Assembly (NCBI GenBank): GCA_035524795.1
Contig: DATKOF010000007.1
Location: 19,732-83,731 of the forward strand
Origin: Burkholderiales bacterium
GTDB taxonomy: Bacteria > Pseudomonadota > Gammaproteobacteria > Burkholderiales > SG8-41
Direction of reading: 5' to 3'
Length of the DNA: 64,000 nt
Shown here: positions 1 to 8,083 of the stretch, piece by piece
Layout of the letters: each line of letters opens with the position of its first letter
How positions within the stretch are numbered: the stretch's first letter is position 1
Translations under genes and position numbers: made by a program
Notes under the pieces: generated by a model
Database searches by the model: none
The model's input: only the letters and a program-made list of their open reading frames with translations
Told to the model about the DNA's origin: nothing

Positions 1-70
1 CGAGAGTGTCGGCCAGCGACGCAAGCCCCGGCGCAAAATAGCCATCGTCGTTGCTGAGCAGAATGCGCAT
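1..70 (-). CDS. surE: 5'/3'-nucleotidase SurE, N-terminal fragment (gene runs off the left edge)
   Basis: The reverse complement of 1-70 translates to [23 protein letters not shown], the canonical SurE N-terminus. The ATG is at 68-70. Confidence 0.75.
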   Translation of the reverse strand, partial: MRILLSNDDGYFAPGLASLADTL

Positions 71-118
71 GCTTCGGGATCCGCCGTCACCGTGGGAAAA
101 CCGCCGCTGCAACCGACA

Positions 119-646
119 TCACTTGGCCGGCCTGTCCTTCGCGTCGATCCGTTTTGCCATTTCGGCCAGCACCTGGTCGGTGATGTCGATGCGCTGCCCG
201 CTGAAAACCGCGTCCTGCACGATCAGATCATATTTGCCGGAATCGGCGATCTGCCTGATCACGACGTTGGCTTCGGCGCTTAACCGCCCGAATTCTTCGC
301 GTTTGCGCTGATCGATGTCCTCAGCGAGATCCTGCTGCATCTGCTGGAGTTGCGTGGCCATTTTCGTAAAGGCTTTTTCCTTCGCCTGCCGCTCATCGGG
401 TTTCATCGTGCTTGAATTCGCGTCGAGATCAGCCTTGAGGTCAGCGACGCGTTTCTGGAAATTGGCGACGTCGTCTTCGCGCCCCGCAAATTCCTTCTTC
501 AGGTTTTCCAGCGCCAGCCGCGCGGTCGCGGATTCGTTCTGGATGCGGAAAGGATTGATGTATCCGATCTTGACGCCCTGCGCGACGGCATGCCCGCCCG
601 CGACCACAAGCATCAACGCCAGGCAAACGCCGGGAAGAAACTTCAT
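119..646 (-). CDS. Skp/OmpH-family periplasmic chaperone
   Basis: 175 aa with a signal peptide (MKFLPGVCLALMLVVAGGHAVA). The body is coiled-coil-like and rich in K/E/Q, as is typical of OmpH/Skp. Confidence 0.75.
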   Translation of the reverse strand: MKFLPGVCLALMLVVAGGHAVAQGVKIGYINPFRIQNESATARLALENLKKEFAGREDDVANFQKRVADLKADLDANSSTMKPDERQAKEKAFTKMATQLQQMQQDLAEDIDQRKREEFGRLSAEANVVIRQIADSGKYDLIVQDAVFSGQRIDITDQVLAEMAKRIDAKDRPAK

Positions 647-752
647 CGGATATCCACCAGATTTGAACCGTCAGTCACGTAAGTCCTGGCCACTCGCTTT
701 ATCCCATCCGGCCAACGGAGGGCCGGCAGTATTCCTGTGTTCATATCAATTC

Positions 753-829
753 TGGTCGGGGCGGCGAGATTCGAACTCGCGACCACCTGCACCCCATGCA
801 GGTACGCTACCAGGCTGCGCTACGCCCCG
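753..829 (-). tRNA. tRNA-Pro (anticodon GGG)
   Basis: The reverse complement is CGGGGCGTAGCGCAGCCTGGTAGCGTACCTGCATGGGGTGCAGGTGGTCGCGAGTTCGAATCTCGCCGCCCCGACCA. It folds as a cloverleaf with a 7-bp acceptor stem, anticodon loop AUGGGGU, a TPsiC arm and an encoded CCA. Confidence 0.9.
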
Positions 830-876
830 TAGCGGGCAATTATATAACAGAGGTAAAGCAGCTTATCGGACGACGC

Positions 877-1239
877 TCAATGACTGAGGAAATTGATTAT
901 GTTTTTGATTTCCTTACGCACGGCGGCAAAACTTACCACAGCCGAAACGCGGTTTGACTTGGGGTGGCTGGTAGCGGATTCGTCAAGACGATTGCGGGCG
1001 CCACTGATGGTAAAACCCTGATCGTACAGCAGATCGCGGATGTGGCGGATCAGCAGAACTTCATGATGCTGATAATAACGCCGGTTGCCGCGGCGTTTGA
1101 CCGGCTTGAGCTGCGCAAACTCCTGTTCCCAATAACGCAATACATGCGGTTTGACGCCGCACAAATCACTGACTTCGCCAATCGTGAAATAGCGCTTTGC
1201 GGGGATCGGCGGCAGCGTTTCTTTAGGATTTGCTTCCAT
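877..1239 (-). CDS. MerR-family transcriptional regulator
   Basis: The N-terminal HTH region [25 protein letters not shown] is typical of MerR. The ATG at 1237-1239 (MEANPK) is preceded by AAGGG. The track ORF begins at a TTG at 1260. The gene overlaps the 3' end of ihfA. Confidence 0.8.
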   Translation of the reverse strand: MEANPKETLPPIPAKRYFTIGEVSDLCGVKPHVLRYWEQEFAQLKPVKRRGNRRYYQHHEVLLIRHIRDLLYDQGFTISGARNRLDESATSHPKSNRVSAVVSFAAVRKEIKNIINFLSH

Positions 1240-1531
1240 TGCCCTTATGGTTTTGCTCAACCAGCGCCTTCAATTTCTGCGAGGCATGAAAGGTCACCAC
1301 GCGCCGCGCAGTAATCGGAATTTCCTCCCCCGTTTTCGGATTACGCCCCGGCCGCTGCGGCTTGTCGCGTAACTGAAAATTGCCGAATCCGGAAAGCTTC
1401 ACCCCCTGACCGGCTTCCAGCGCGGTGCGAATCTCCTCGAAAAAAGATTCAACCATGTCTTTCGCTTCGCGTTTGTTGAAACCGACTTTCTCGAACAGCA
1501 GGTCCGCCAACTCAGCCTTGGTCAAGGTCAT
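1223..1531 (-). CDS. ihfA: Integration host factor subunit alpha
   Basis: 102 aa. [73 protein letters not shown] is the IHF/HU fold with the alpha-type N-terminus. The gene follows pheST as in many proteobacteria. Confidence 0.93.
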   Translation of the reverse strand: MTLTKAELADLLFEKVGFNKREAKDMVESFFEEIRTALEAGQGVKLSGFGNFQLRDKPQRPGRNPKTGEEIPITARRVVTFHASQKLKALVEQNHKGNGSKS

Positions 1532-1540
1532 GTTTTCCCC

Positions 1541-3562
1541 TTATTTTCTGAGTACTGCATTGAATTCTTCTTCTAACACCTTAATAAACTGTTCGATGAC
1601 GAGATCGACTTCGGCGTCAGTCAAGGTCTTGGAAGTATCTTGCAATAATAGCCGAAACGCAATACTTTTTTTATCTGAATCAATGCCTTTGCCACGATAT
1701 ATATCAAATGGCATGATTTCCAGCAGTGTTGCCGGAGCGTTCTTTCTCAGCGCGATCAGAATCGCTTCCCAAGTCGCATTCGCCACGATTTCGACCGAGA
1801 TATCCCGCCGCACTACAGGAAACTTTGAAATATTTTTATATACAGTTACTTGTGAGAATTTTCTCGCGTCAAGATTTAACTCGAAGAGCACCGGTGCCAA
1901 AAGCAGATCGTATTGCTGACACAACCGCGGGTGCAGTTCCCCCATCCAGCCGACAAGTGTCCCATTGATACTGACCGCAGCAGACCGGCCGGGATGCAAC
2001 GCGGGATGCTGAGCAGGTTCCAGGTGGACGACATCCGGGACAAGCAATGCTTCCAAATCGGATTTGACGTCGAAAAAATCCGTTCCGCGCTTCGTTATCC
2101 CCCATTGCTCCGGCAACGCTTCGCCGCAGGCCAGCGCGGCCAGTCGCAGGGACTGCCGGTACCCCTGCTTTTCGCCGCGAGCGAAACAATGCCCGATCTC
2201 AAACAGCCGCACACGATCATGCTGGCGGTTGATATTGAGCTTCAGGCAGTCAACCAGACTCGCGATCAGGCTGGAGCGCATCACGTTCAGGTGCACGGCG
2301 ATCGGGTTGAGCAGCGGCACCGGTTCATGATTGGAATAAAAATCCTCTTCCCAGCGGCGGTTGACGAAGCTGTAGGTGATGACCTCCTGATAGTCACGCG
2401 CTACAAGCAGCGAACGCAGCTTGCCGACGCCGGCGCGGCCACGGTCCACCGGCAGCATTCTCGCGGCACCGCCGGGGCGGCGCGCCGGTATGTTGTCATA
2501 ACCATGGATGCGGGCGATTTCCTCGATCAGGTCCTCTTCGATCGCAAGGTCGAAACGATAGCTGGGCGGCGTCACCGCGAGTTCGGCCCCCTGCACTCGA
2601 TGCGCGAATCCCAGACGCTGAAGAATTTCGATGATCTGGCGCTCGTTAAGAGCGACGCCGAGCACGCGCTCCACCCGCTTCTGCCGCAACTGCACCGGTT
2701 TGCGTTGTGGCAACGAGGCGCCGGTTTCACATACCGGCCCGGCCCGGCCGCCGCATATTTCCAGCATTAGGCGGGTAGCATATTCGATCGCCGACCGGGT
2801 CGCGGCGAAATCGACGCCGCGCTCGAAACGGTACGCGGAATCCGAGCCGAAACCGAGCACGCGCGATTTGCCTGCGATCGATTCCGGTTGGAAAAATGCG
2901 CTTTCGAGAAGAATGGCCGTCGTTCCCATTACGACCGCGCTGTCCTCGCCTCCCATGATGCCGGCCAGGGCCAGTGGTTTTTCGTAGTCAGCGATGACCA
3001 GCAGGCGATCATCGAGTGTGACCTGCTGTCCGTTAAGAAGCTTGAGCGTTTCGCCCCCCCGGCCGAAGCGCACATGAATGCCGCCATCGATGCGGGCAAA
3101 GTCGAAAGCGTGCAGCGGCTGGCCGAATTCCAGCATCACGTAATTGGTGACGTCCACAATCGCGTGCACGCTGCGCAGGCCGCAACGCTCGAGACGCGTT
3201 ACCATCCAGTCCGGAGTAACGGCACGCGGATCGACGCCGCGAATGACGCGCGCGCAATATCGCGGGCACGCGGTCGGCGCTTCCAGCGCCACTTCCACGC
3301 GGTCGGCAATTGTCGCCGGCACCGCTACAGTGTCCGGCGGCATCAACTTGCTTCCGGTAACCGCGGCAACTTCGCGCGCGATGCCGATCACGCTCAGGCA
3401 ATCCCCGCGATTGGGCGTCGGCTTTATCGTGAATATGCGGTCCGAGCCGGCAGGTTCGACGCTCTCGACTTCGATGCCGGACATGGTCAGAACTTCGGCG
3501 AGCTCCCGGTCGGTCAACGCCGGATCGACGAAACTGCGCAACCAGTTTTCCAAAAATTTCAT
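1541..3562 (-). CDS. pheT: Phenylalanine--tRNA ligase beta subunit, apparently lacking the OB-fold tRNA-binding (B2) domain
   Basis: 673 aa. The N-terminus MKFLENWLRSFVDP..., the B3/B4 region, the B5 region and the C-terminal anticodon-binding-like region are all recognisable. About 115 residues present in E. coli PheT between the VEP... and ...TPNR(A/G)DC motifs are missing. Confidence 0.9.
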   Translation of the reverse strand: MKFLENWLRSFVDPALTDRELAEVLTMSGIEVESVEPAGSDRIFTIKPTPNRGDCLSVIGIAREVAAVTGSKLMPPDTVAVPATIADRVEVALEAPTACPRYCARVIRGVDPRAVTPDWMVTRLERCGLRSVHAIVDVTNYVMLEFGQPLHAFDFARIDGGIHVRFGRGGETLKLLNGQQVTLDDRLLVIADYEKPLALAGIMGGEDSAVVMGTTAILLESAFFQPESIAGKSRVLGFGSDSAYRFERGVDFAATRSAIEYATRLMLEICGGRAGPVCETGASLPQRKPVQLRQKRVERVLGVALNERQIIEILQRLGFAHRVQGAELAVTPPSYRFDLAIEEDLIEEIARIHGYDNIPARRPGGAARMLPVDRGRAGVGKLRSLLVARDYQEVITYSFVNRRWEEDFYSNHEPVPLLNPIAVHLNVMRSSLIASLVDCLKLNINRQHDRVRLFEIGHCFARGEKQGYRQSLRLAALACGEALPEQWGITKRGTDFFDVKSDLEALLVPDVVHLEPAQHPALHPGRSAAVSINGTLVGWMGELHPRLCQQYDLLLAPVLFELNLDARKFSQVTVYKNISKFPVVRRDISVEIVANATWEAILIALRKNAPATLLEIMPFDIYRGKGIDSDKKSIAFRLLLQDTSKTLTDAEVDLVIEQFIKVLEEEFNAVLRK

Positions 3563-3603
3563 GCGGTTATACGCCGGATTCCGGGAAAATAATCCCGTAT
3601 GGT

Positions 3604-4590
3604 TCAGTTGAACTGTTTCAGGAACCGCAGATCATTTTCGAAAAACAAACGCAAATCATCGACGCTGTAGCGCAGCATCGCCAGCCGGTCCGGTCCGAGA
3701 CCGAAAGCGAAGCCTTGATAGCGTTCGCTGTCGATATCGACGTTTCCGAGGACGTTCGGATGCACCATGCCGCAGCCACCGACTTCAAGCCAGTCATCGC
3801 CAAAACTCATATCGATCTCCGCCGAAGGTTCGGTAAACGGAAAAAATGAAGGGCGGAACCGCACCTTGAGATCGTCACGCTCAAAAAAACAACGCAGAAA
3901 ATCGGTAACGACTCCCTTGAGGTCGGCAAAGGTGACTTGCTCGTCGACCCACAGCCCCTCGACCTGGTGGAACATCGGCGAATGCGTCGCGTCGGAGTCG
4001 ACGCGGTAAACCCTGCCCATGGCAATAATCTTGATTGGCGGCCGGTGACGTTCCATATAGTGCACCTGGATCGGCGAGGTATGCGTGCGCAGCAGATGTT
4101 TGCCGTCGTCAAGATAAAATGTGTCGTGCATCGAACGCGCCGGATGGTTCTCCGGCTGGTTGAGCGCGGTGAAGTTGTAGTAATCGGTCTCGATTTCCGG
4201 ACCATCGGCCACCTCGAAACCCAGCGAATGGAACAGCGTCTCGATGCGCTCCAGTGCGAGCGTTACCGGATGCAGCCCGCCGACCCCGCTGCCGCGCCCC
4301 GGCAGCGTGACATCGACGGCCTGCTGCGCCAGACGGGATTCCAGCCCGAGCGCGCGTATTCTCTCGCGCTGTTCTGCAAGCGCCGTCTCGATCCGCTGTT
4401 TCGCGGCGTTGAAACGGGCGCCGAACGCCGGACGTTCGGCGGCGGGCACCTCGGTGATTTTTTTTTGCAGTTCGGACAGTGCGCCGGACTTCCCGAGAAA
4501 GCGCGCCTTTGCCTGCTCGAGTTGCGCGGCATCGGTGATGCCGGCGAACAGCGTCAGCGCCTCCTGGACTATCGTTTCGAGCTTTTCCAT
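3604..4590 (-). CDS. pheS: Phenylalanine--tRNA ligase alpha subunit
   Basis: 328 aa with class II synthetase motifs ([39 protein letters not shown]). It lies immediately upstream of pheT. Confidence 0.95.
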   Translation of the reverse strand: MEKLETIVQEALTLFAGITDAAQLEQAKARFLGKSGALSELQKKITEVPAAERPAFGARFNAAKQRIETALAEQRERIRALGLESRLAQQAVDVTLPGRGSGVGGLHPVTLALERIETLFHSLGFEVADGPEIETDYYNFTALNQPENHPARSMHDTFYLDDGKHLLRTHTSPIQVHYMERHRPPIKIIAMGRVYRVDSDATHSPMFHQVEGLWVDEQVTFADLKGVVTDFLRCFFERDDLKVRFRPSFFPFTEPSAEIDMSFGDDWLEVGGCGMVHPNVLGNVDIDSERYQGFAFGLGPDRLAMLRYSVDDLRLFFENDLRFLKQFN

Positions 4591-4612
4591 CCGCTTGGAA
4601 CCGCTTTAAACC

Positions 4613-4632
4613 AGGAGCAGCGCGCTGCTCCT
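4613..4632 (-). promoter_or_regulatory. GC-rich hairpin between rplT and pheS (possible attenuator or processing structure)
   Basis: AGGAGCAGCGCGCTGCTCCT is a perfect 20-nt palindrome in the 46-nt rplT-pheS spacer. On the transcribed strand it is followed by GGTTTAAAG. Confidence 0.35.
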
Positions 4633-4636
4633 CCGC

Positions 4637-4996
4637 TCAGATACCGAGACCGGCCTTGGCTTTTTCGACGAATTTGCCGAACGCCGGCTTGTCGAGCACG
4701 GCGATGTCGGCAAGCACCTTGCGATCGACCGCGACTGCGGCCTTTTTAAGGCCGTTCATGAAAGCGCTGTAAGACAGCCCATGCTCGCGAACTGCAGCGT
4801 TGATGCGCGCAATCCATAGACTGCGGAAATCACGTTTCTTACGGCGGCGGTCACGATACGCATACTGGCCGGCTCGCATGACTGCTTCGTTGGCGATGCG
4901 GAACACGTTGTTGCGGCGGCCGCGAAAACCCTTGGCGCGCGCGATGACCTTTTTGTGGGCGGCACGTGCGGTAACCCCACGTTTGACTCTGGGCAT
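4637..4996 (-). CDS. rplT: 50S ribosomal protein L20
   Basis: [17 protein letters not shown]... is the canonical L20 N-terminus, with the ATG at 4994-4996. The 25-codon upstream extension in the track ORF has no support. Confidence 0.95.
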   Translation of the reverse strand: MPRVKRGVTARAAHKKVIARAKGFRGRRNNVFRIANEAVMRAGQYAYRDRRRKKRDFRSLWIARINAAVREHGLSYSAFMNGLKKAAVAVDRKVLADIAVLDKPAFGKFVEKAKAGLGI

Positions 4997-5006
4997 GGCG
5001 ATCTCC

Positions 5007-5204
5007 TCAGGCGTAGGGAAGCATGGTGCGCACGGAGCGGGTATTGCTGCCGTGAACGCCGGTGGTGCCACGCAGGTGCCGTTTCCGTTTGGTCGACTTT
5101 TTGGTCAGGATGTGGCGCAGATAGGCCCTGGAACGCTTGATGCGGCCGCTGCCGGCGACCTTGAAACGCTTGGCCGCGCCGCTTTTGGTTTTCAACTTCG
5201 GCAT
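5007..5204 (-). CDS. rpmI: 50S ribosomal protein L35
   Basis: [24 protein letters not shown]... is 65 aa. AAGGAG lies 7 nt upstream of the ATG at 5202-5204. Confidence 0.95.
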   Translation of the reverse strand: MPKLKTKSGAAKRFKVAGSGRIKRSRAYLRHILTKKSTKRKRHLRGTTGVHGSNTRSVRTMLPYA

Positions 5205-5228
5205 GATTGCTCCTTTTTTAACATAGCG

Positions 5229-5263
5229 CCGGGTGCTTCCGATCGGAAGACTTGCCGACCCGG
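5229..5263 (-). promoter_or_regulatory. Structured rpmI-rplT leader (candidate L20 autoregulatory site)
   Basis: A nested stem is present: outer CCGGGT/ACCCGG (5229-5234 / 5258-5263) encloses the perfect 14-nt palindrome CTTCCGATCGGAAG (5236-5249). The structure lies about 25 nt upstream of the rpmI SD. Confidence 0.4.
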
Positions 5264-5302
5264 ACAACTACTTGTTGAAATTGCAATTAAACCCACTGAC
5301 AA

Positions 5303-5890
5303 CTATTTTCTTTCGGCGCCGGCTGCTGCCGCTGTTTTCTCCGGCGGCTTGCCCTTCTTGGGCGCCGGCTTGGCGCTTTTCTTCGGCGCCAGCACCATCA
5401 CCATCTGGCGCCCTTCCATCTTCGGATACTGTTCGACCGTGCTGTAGGCATCGAGATCGGCCCTGACCCGTTCAATCAGCCTGACACCGAATTCCTGGTG
5501 CGCCATTTCGCGCCCCCTAAAACGCAGCGTCACTTTCGCCTTGTCTCCCTCTTCCAGAAAGCGGATCAGGTTGCGCAGTTTGATCTGGTAATCACCCTCG
5601 TCGGTGCCGGGACGAAACTTGATCTCCTTGACGACGATCTGCTTCTGCTTGAGCTTGGCTTCGTGCCTTTTCTTGCTCTCGCGATAGCGGAATTTGCCGT
5701 AATCCATCAGACGGCAAACCGGTGGAGAAGCGGTCGGGGCAATTTCAACCAGATCAAGCCCGGCTTCCTCGGCTTTGGCATTGGCAATGGCGGCCGATAC
5801 GATGCCGAGCTGTTCGCCGTCGTCGCCGATCAGCCTGATCTCGGGCATGGTGATCTCGCCGTTAATGCGCGGCTCTTTTTCCTGAGCTAT
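5303..5890 (-). CDS. infC: Translation initiation factor IF-3, with a non-canonical ATA start
   Basis: The conserved IF-3 N-terminus [29 protein letters not shown] extends 14 codons upstream of the first ATG. It begins at ATA (5888-5890), which is preceded by GGAG with a 6-nt spacer. Confidence 0.85.
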   Translation of the reverse strand: MAQEKEPRINGEITMPEIRLIGDDGEQLGIVSAAIANAKAEEAGLDLVEIAPTASPPVCRLMDYGKFRYRESKKRHEAKLKQKQIVVKEIKFRPGTDEGDYQIKLRNLIRFLEEGDKAKVTLRFRGREMAHQEFGVRLIERVRADLDAYSTVEQYPKMEGRQMVMVLAPKKSAKPAPKKGKPPEKTAAAAGAERK

Positions 5891-5912
5891 ACAAAACTCC
5901 TATATTAAAAAG

Positions 5913-7829
5913 TTATGCCGCGCGTCCCAGTCGCTGCACCTCATCCTGGAGGCGCTGGATGAAGACCGCTGTCGGCATCTGGCCGAGATCTTCACCCTTA
6001 CGGGTCCGCACGGCAATTGTCTGCGCCGCCATCTCCTTGTCACCCACAATTACCTGATAAGGCAGCTTCTGCAGACTATGTTCCCGAATTTTATAGGTTA
6101 TTTTCTCATTCCTCAAGTCGGCCCCGGCGCGCAATCCGGCGCGCCTGAACTCTTCCGCCACCTGCCCGGCATAAGCCGCCTGGTGTTCAGTGATGTTGAG
6201 AACCACCACCTGCAGCGGCGCCAGCCACAGCGGAAATGCGCCGGCGAAATGCTCGATCAGAATGCCGATGAAGCGCTCCATCGAGCCGACGATCGCCCGA
6301 TGCAGCATGACCGGCGTCCGGCGCGTGTTGTCTTCGGCTACGTACTCGGCGCCAAGCCGGCCCGGCATCGAAAAATCGACCTGGATCGTTCCACACTGCC
6401 AGACGCGGCCGATCGAATCTTTCAGCGAAAATTCGATCTTCGGGCCGTAGAATGCGCCCTCGCCCGCCGCGGTCTCCCATGCCACGCCCTTGCCTTCGAG
6501 CGCGTCGGCGAGCGCCTTTTCTGCAGCATCCCAGGTCGCGTCCGAACCGACCCGCCTGGCGGGACGCGTCGAAAGCTTGTAGATGATTTCGTCGAAACCG
6601 AAATCGCGGTAGACGTCGATCAGCACGTCGATGAAACGCGACACCTCGGGCCGGATCTGCTCCTCGGTGCAGAAAATATGGCCGTCGTCCTGCGTAAACC
6701 CGCGCACGCGCATGATGCCGTGCAACGCGCCCGACGGCTCGTTGCGCAGACATGAGCCGAATTCACCGTATCTGAGCGGCAGGTCGCGGTAGCTGTGCAG
6801 CCCGGCGTTGAAAATCTGGACGTGGCCCGGACAGTTCATCGGCTTGATCGCGTAATCGCGGTTTTCGCTCGAAGTGACGAACATGTGTTCGCGGAAATTG
6901 TCCCAGTGCCCCGATTTCTCCCACAGCGTGCGGTCGAGGATCGGCGGACAGCGCACCTCCTGAAAGCCGTTGTCGCGGTACACCGCGCGCAGATACTGTT
7001 CGATCTGCTGCCAGATTGTCCAGCCTTTCGGGTGCCAGAACACCAGCCCCGGCGCCTCGTCCTGCATGTGGAGCAGATCGAGCTGTCTGGCGAGCCGGCG
7101 ATGGTCGCGTTTCTCGGCCTCCTCGAGCATGCGCAGGTAGGCGTCCTGCTCTTCCTTCCTGGCCCACGCGGTGCCGTAGATCCGTTGCAGCATCTCGTTC
7201 CTTGAATCCCCGCGCCAGTAGGCGCCGGCGACCTTCATCAGCTTGAATACCTTGAGTTTGCCAGTCGATGGCACGTGCGGCCCGCGGCACAGATCAATGA
7301 AATCGCCCTCGCGATAGAGCGATACTTCCTCGCCGGCCGGAATCGAGGCGATGATCTCCGCCTTGTAGTGTTCGCCGATCGATTTGAAAAAATCGACCGC
7401 CTTGTCGCGCGGCCACACTTCGCGCCGGACCGGAATATCGCGCCTGACGAGCTCGGTCATGCGTTTTTCGATCGCGGCAAGATCGTCGGGCGTAAACGGC
7501 CGCTGGAACGCGAAATCGTAGTAAAAACCATTTTCGATCACCGGGCCGATCGTCACCTGCGCTTCGGGAAACAGCTCCTTGACCGCATAGGCCAGCAGAT
7601 GCGCAGTCGAATGGCGGATCAGGTCGAGGCCTTCCGCGTCCTTGTCGGTGATGATTGCAACCTCGCTGTCCCTGTCCAGAACGAACAAAGTATCGACCAG
7701 CCTGCCGTCAACCCTGCCGGCAAGCGCGGCTTTGGCAAGACCCGGGCCAATGGTGGCCGCGAGCGCGGCAACCGACACCGGCTGATCGAAATGACGGATT
7801 GAACCGTCGAGGAGTCTGATGTCAGGCAT
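5913..7829 (-). CDS. thrS: Threonine--tRNA ligase
   Basis: 638 aa starting [10 protein letters not shown], with TGS, second-additional-domain, class II core and anticodon-binding regions. The track ORF starts one codon earlier at a TTG. Confidence 0.95.
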   Translation of the reverse strand: MPDIRLLDGSIRHFDQPVSVAALAATIGPGLAKAALAGRVDGRLVDTLFVLDRDSEVAIITDKDAEGLDLIRHSTAHLLAYAVKELFPEAQVTIGPVIENGFYYDFAFQRPFTPDDLAAIEKRMTELVRRDIPVRREVWPRDKAVDFFKSIGEHYKAEIIASIPAGEEVSLYREGDFIDLCRGPHVPSTGKLKVFKLMKVAGAYWRGDSRNEMLQRIYGTAWARKEEQDAYLRMLEEAEKRDHRRLARQLDLLHMQDEAPGLVFWHPKGWTIWQQIEQYLRAVYRDNGFQEVRCPPILDRTLWEKSGHWDNFREHMFVTSSENRDYAIKPMNCPGHVQIFNAGLHSYRDLPLRYGEFGSCLRNEPSGALHGIMRVRGFTQDDGHIFCTEEQIRPEVSRFIDVLIDVYRDFGFDEIIYKLSTRPARRVGSDATWDAAEKALADALEGKGVAWETAAGEGAFYGPKIEFSLKDSIGRVWQCGTIQVDFSMPGRLGAEYVAEDNTRRTPVMLHRAIVGSMERFIGILIEHFAGAFPLWLAPLQVVVLNITEHQAAYAGQVAEEFRRAGLRAGADLRNEKITYKIREHSLQKLPYQVIVGDKEMAAQTIAVRTRKGEDLGQMPTAVFIQRLQDEVQRLGRAA

Positions 7830-7851
7830 CAATCAAATAAGGCAGGCGGCG

Positions 7852-7880
7852 AAAAAAAAGTGCGGGCCAGCCGCACTTTT
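7852..7880 (-). terminator. Rho-independent terminator downstream of tRNA-Val
   Basis: The stem is AAAAGTGCGG/CCGCACTTTT with the 5-nt loop GCCAG (plus-strand sequence). On the minus strand it is followed by a run of 8 T, which appears as A8 at 7852-7859 on the plus strand. Confidence 0.7.
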
Positions 7881-7961
7881 CCCGGATGCGCGTGCGGCTA
7901 GGCCCGGCGACAGGCAGAACGGGTTCGCATTGTCATCAGCATGGCCGCCTCTTCCCATGTG

Positions 7962-8038
7962 TGGTAGGCGCGATTGGAGTCGAACCAACGACCTCATCCA
8001 TGTCAAGGATGCGCTCTAACCAACTGAGCTACGCGCCT
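7962..8038 (-). tRNA. tRNA-Val (anticodon GAC)
   Basis: The reverse complement is AGGCGCGTAGCTCAGTTGGTTAGAGCGCATCCTTGACATGGATGAGGTCGTTGGTTCGACTCCAATCGCGCCTACCA. It has the anticodon loop UUGACAU, a 7-bp acceptor stem and an encoded CCA. Confidence 0.9.
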
Positions 8039-8083
8039 GAAAGCCGCAGATTTTACCCGCTCCGGCGCTCCGATTCAAACGCG

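Noticed and set aside
708-726. Hairpin CCGGCC-N7-GGCCGG downstream of tRNA-Pro
   Set aside because: The stem is short and no U-tract follows on the transcribed strand, so it is not confidently a terminator.
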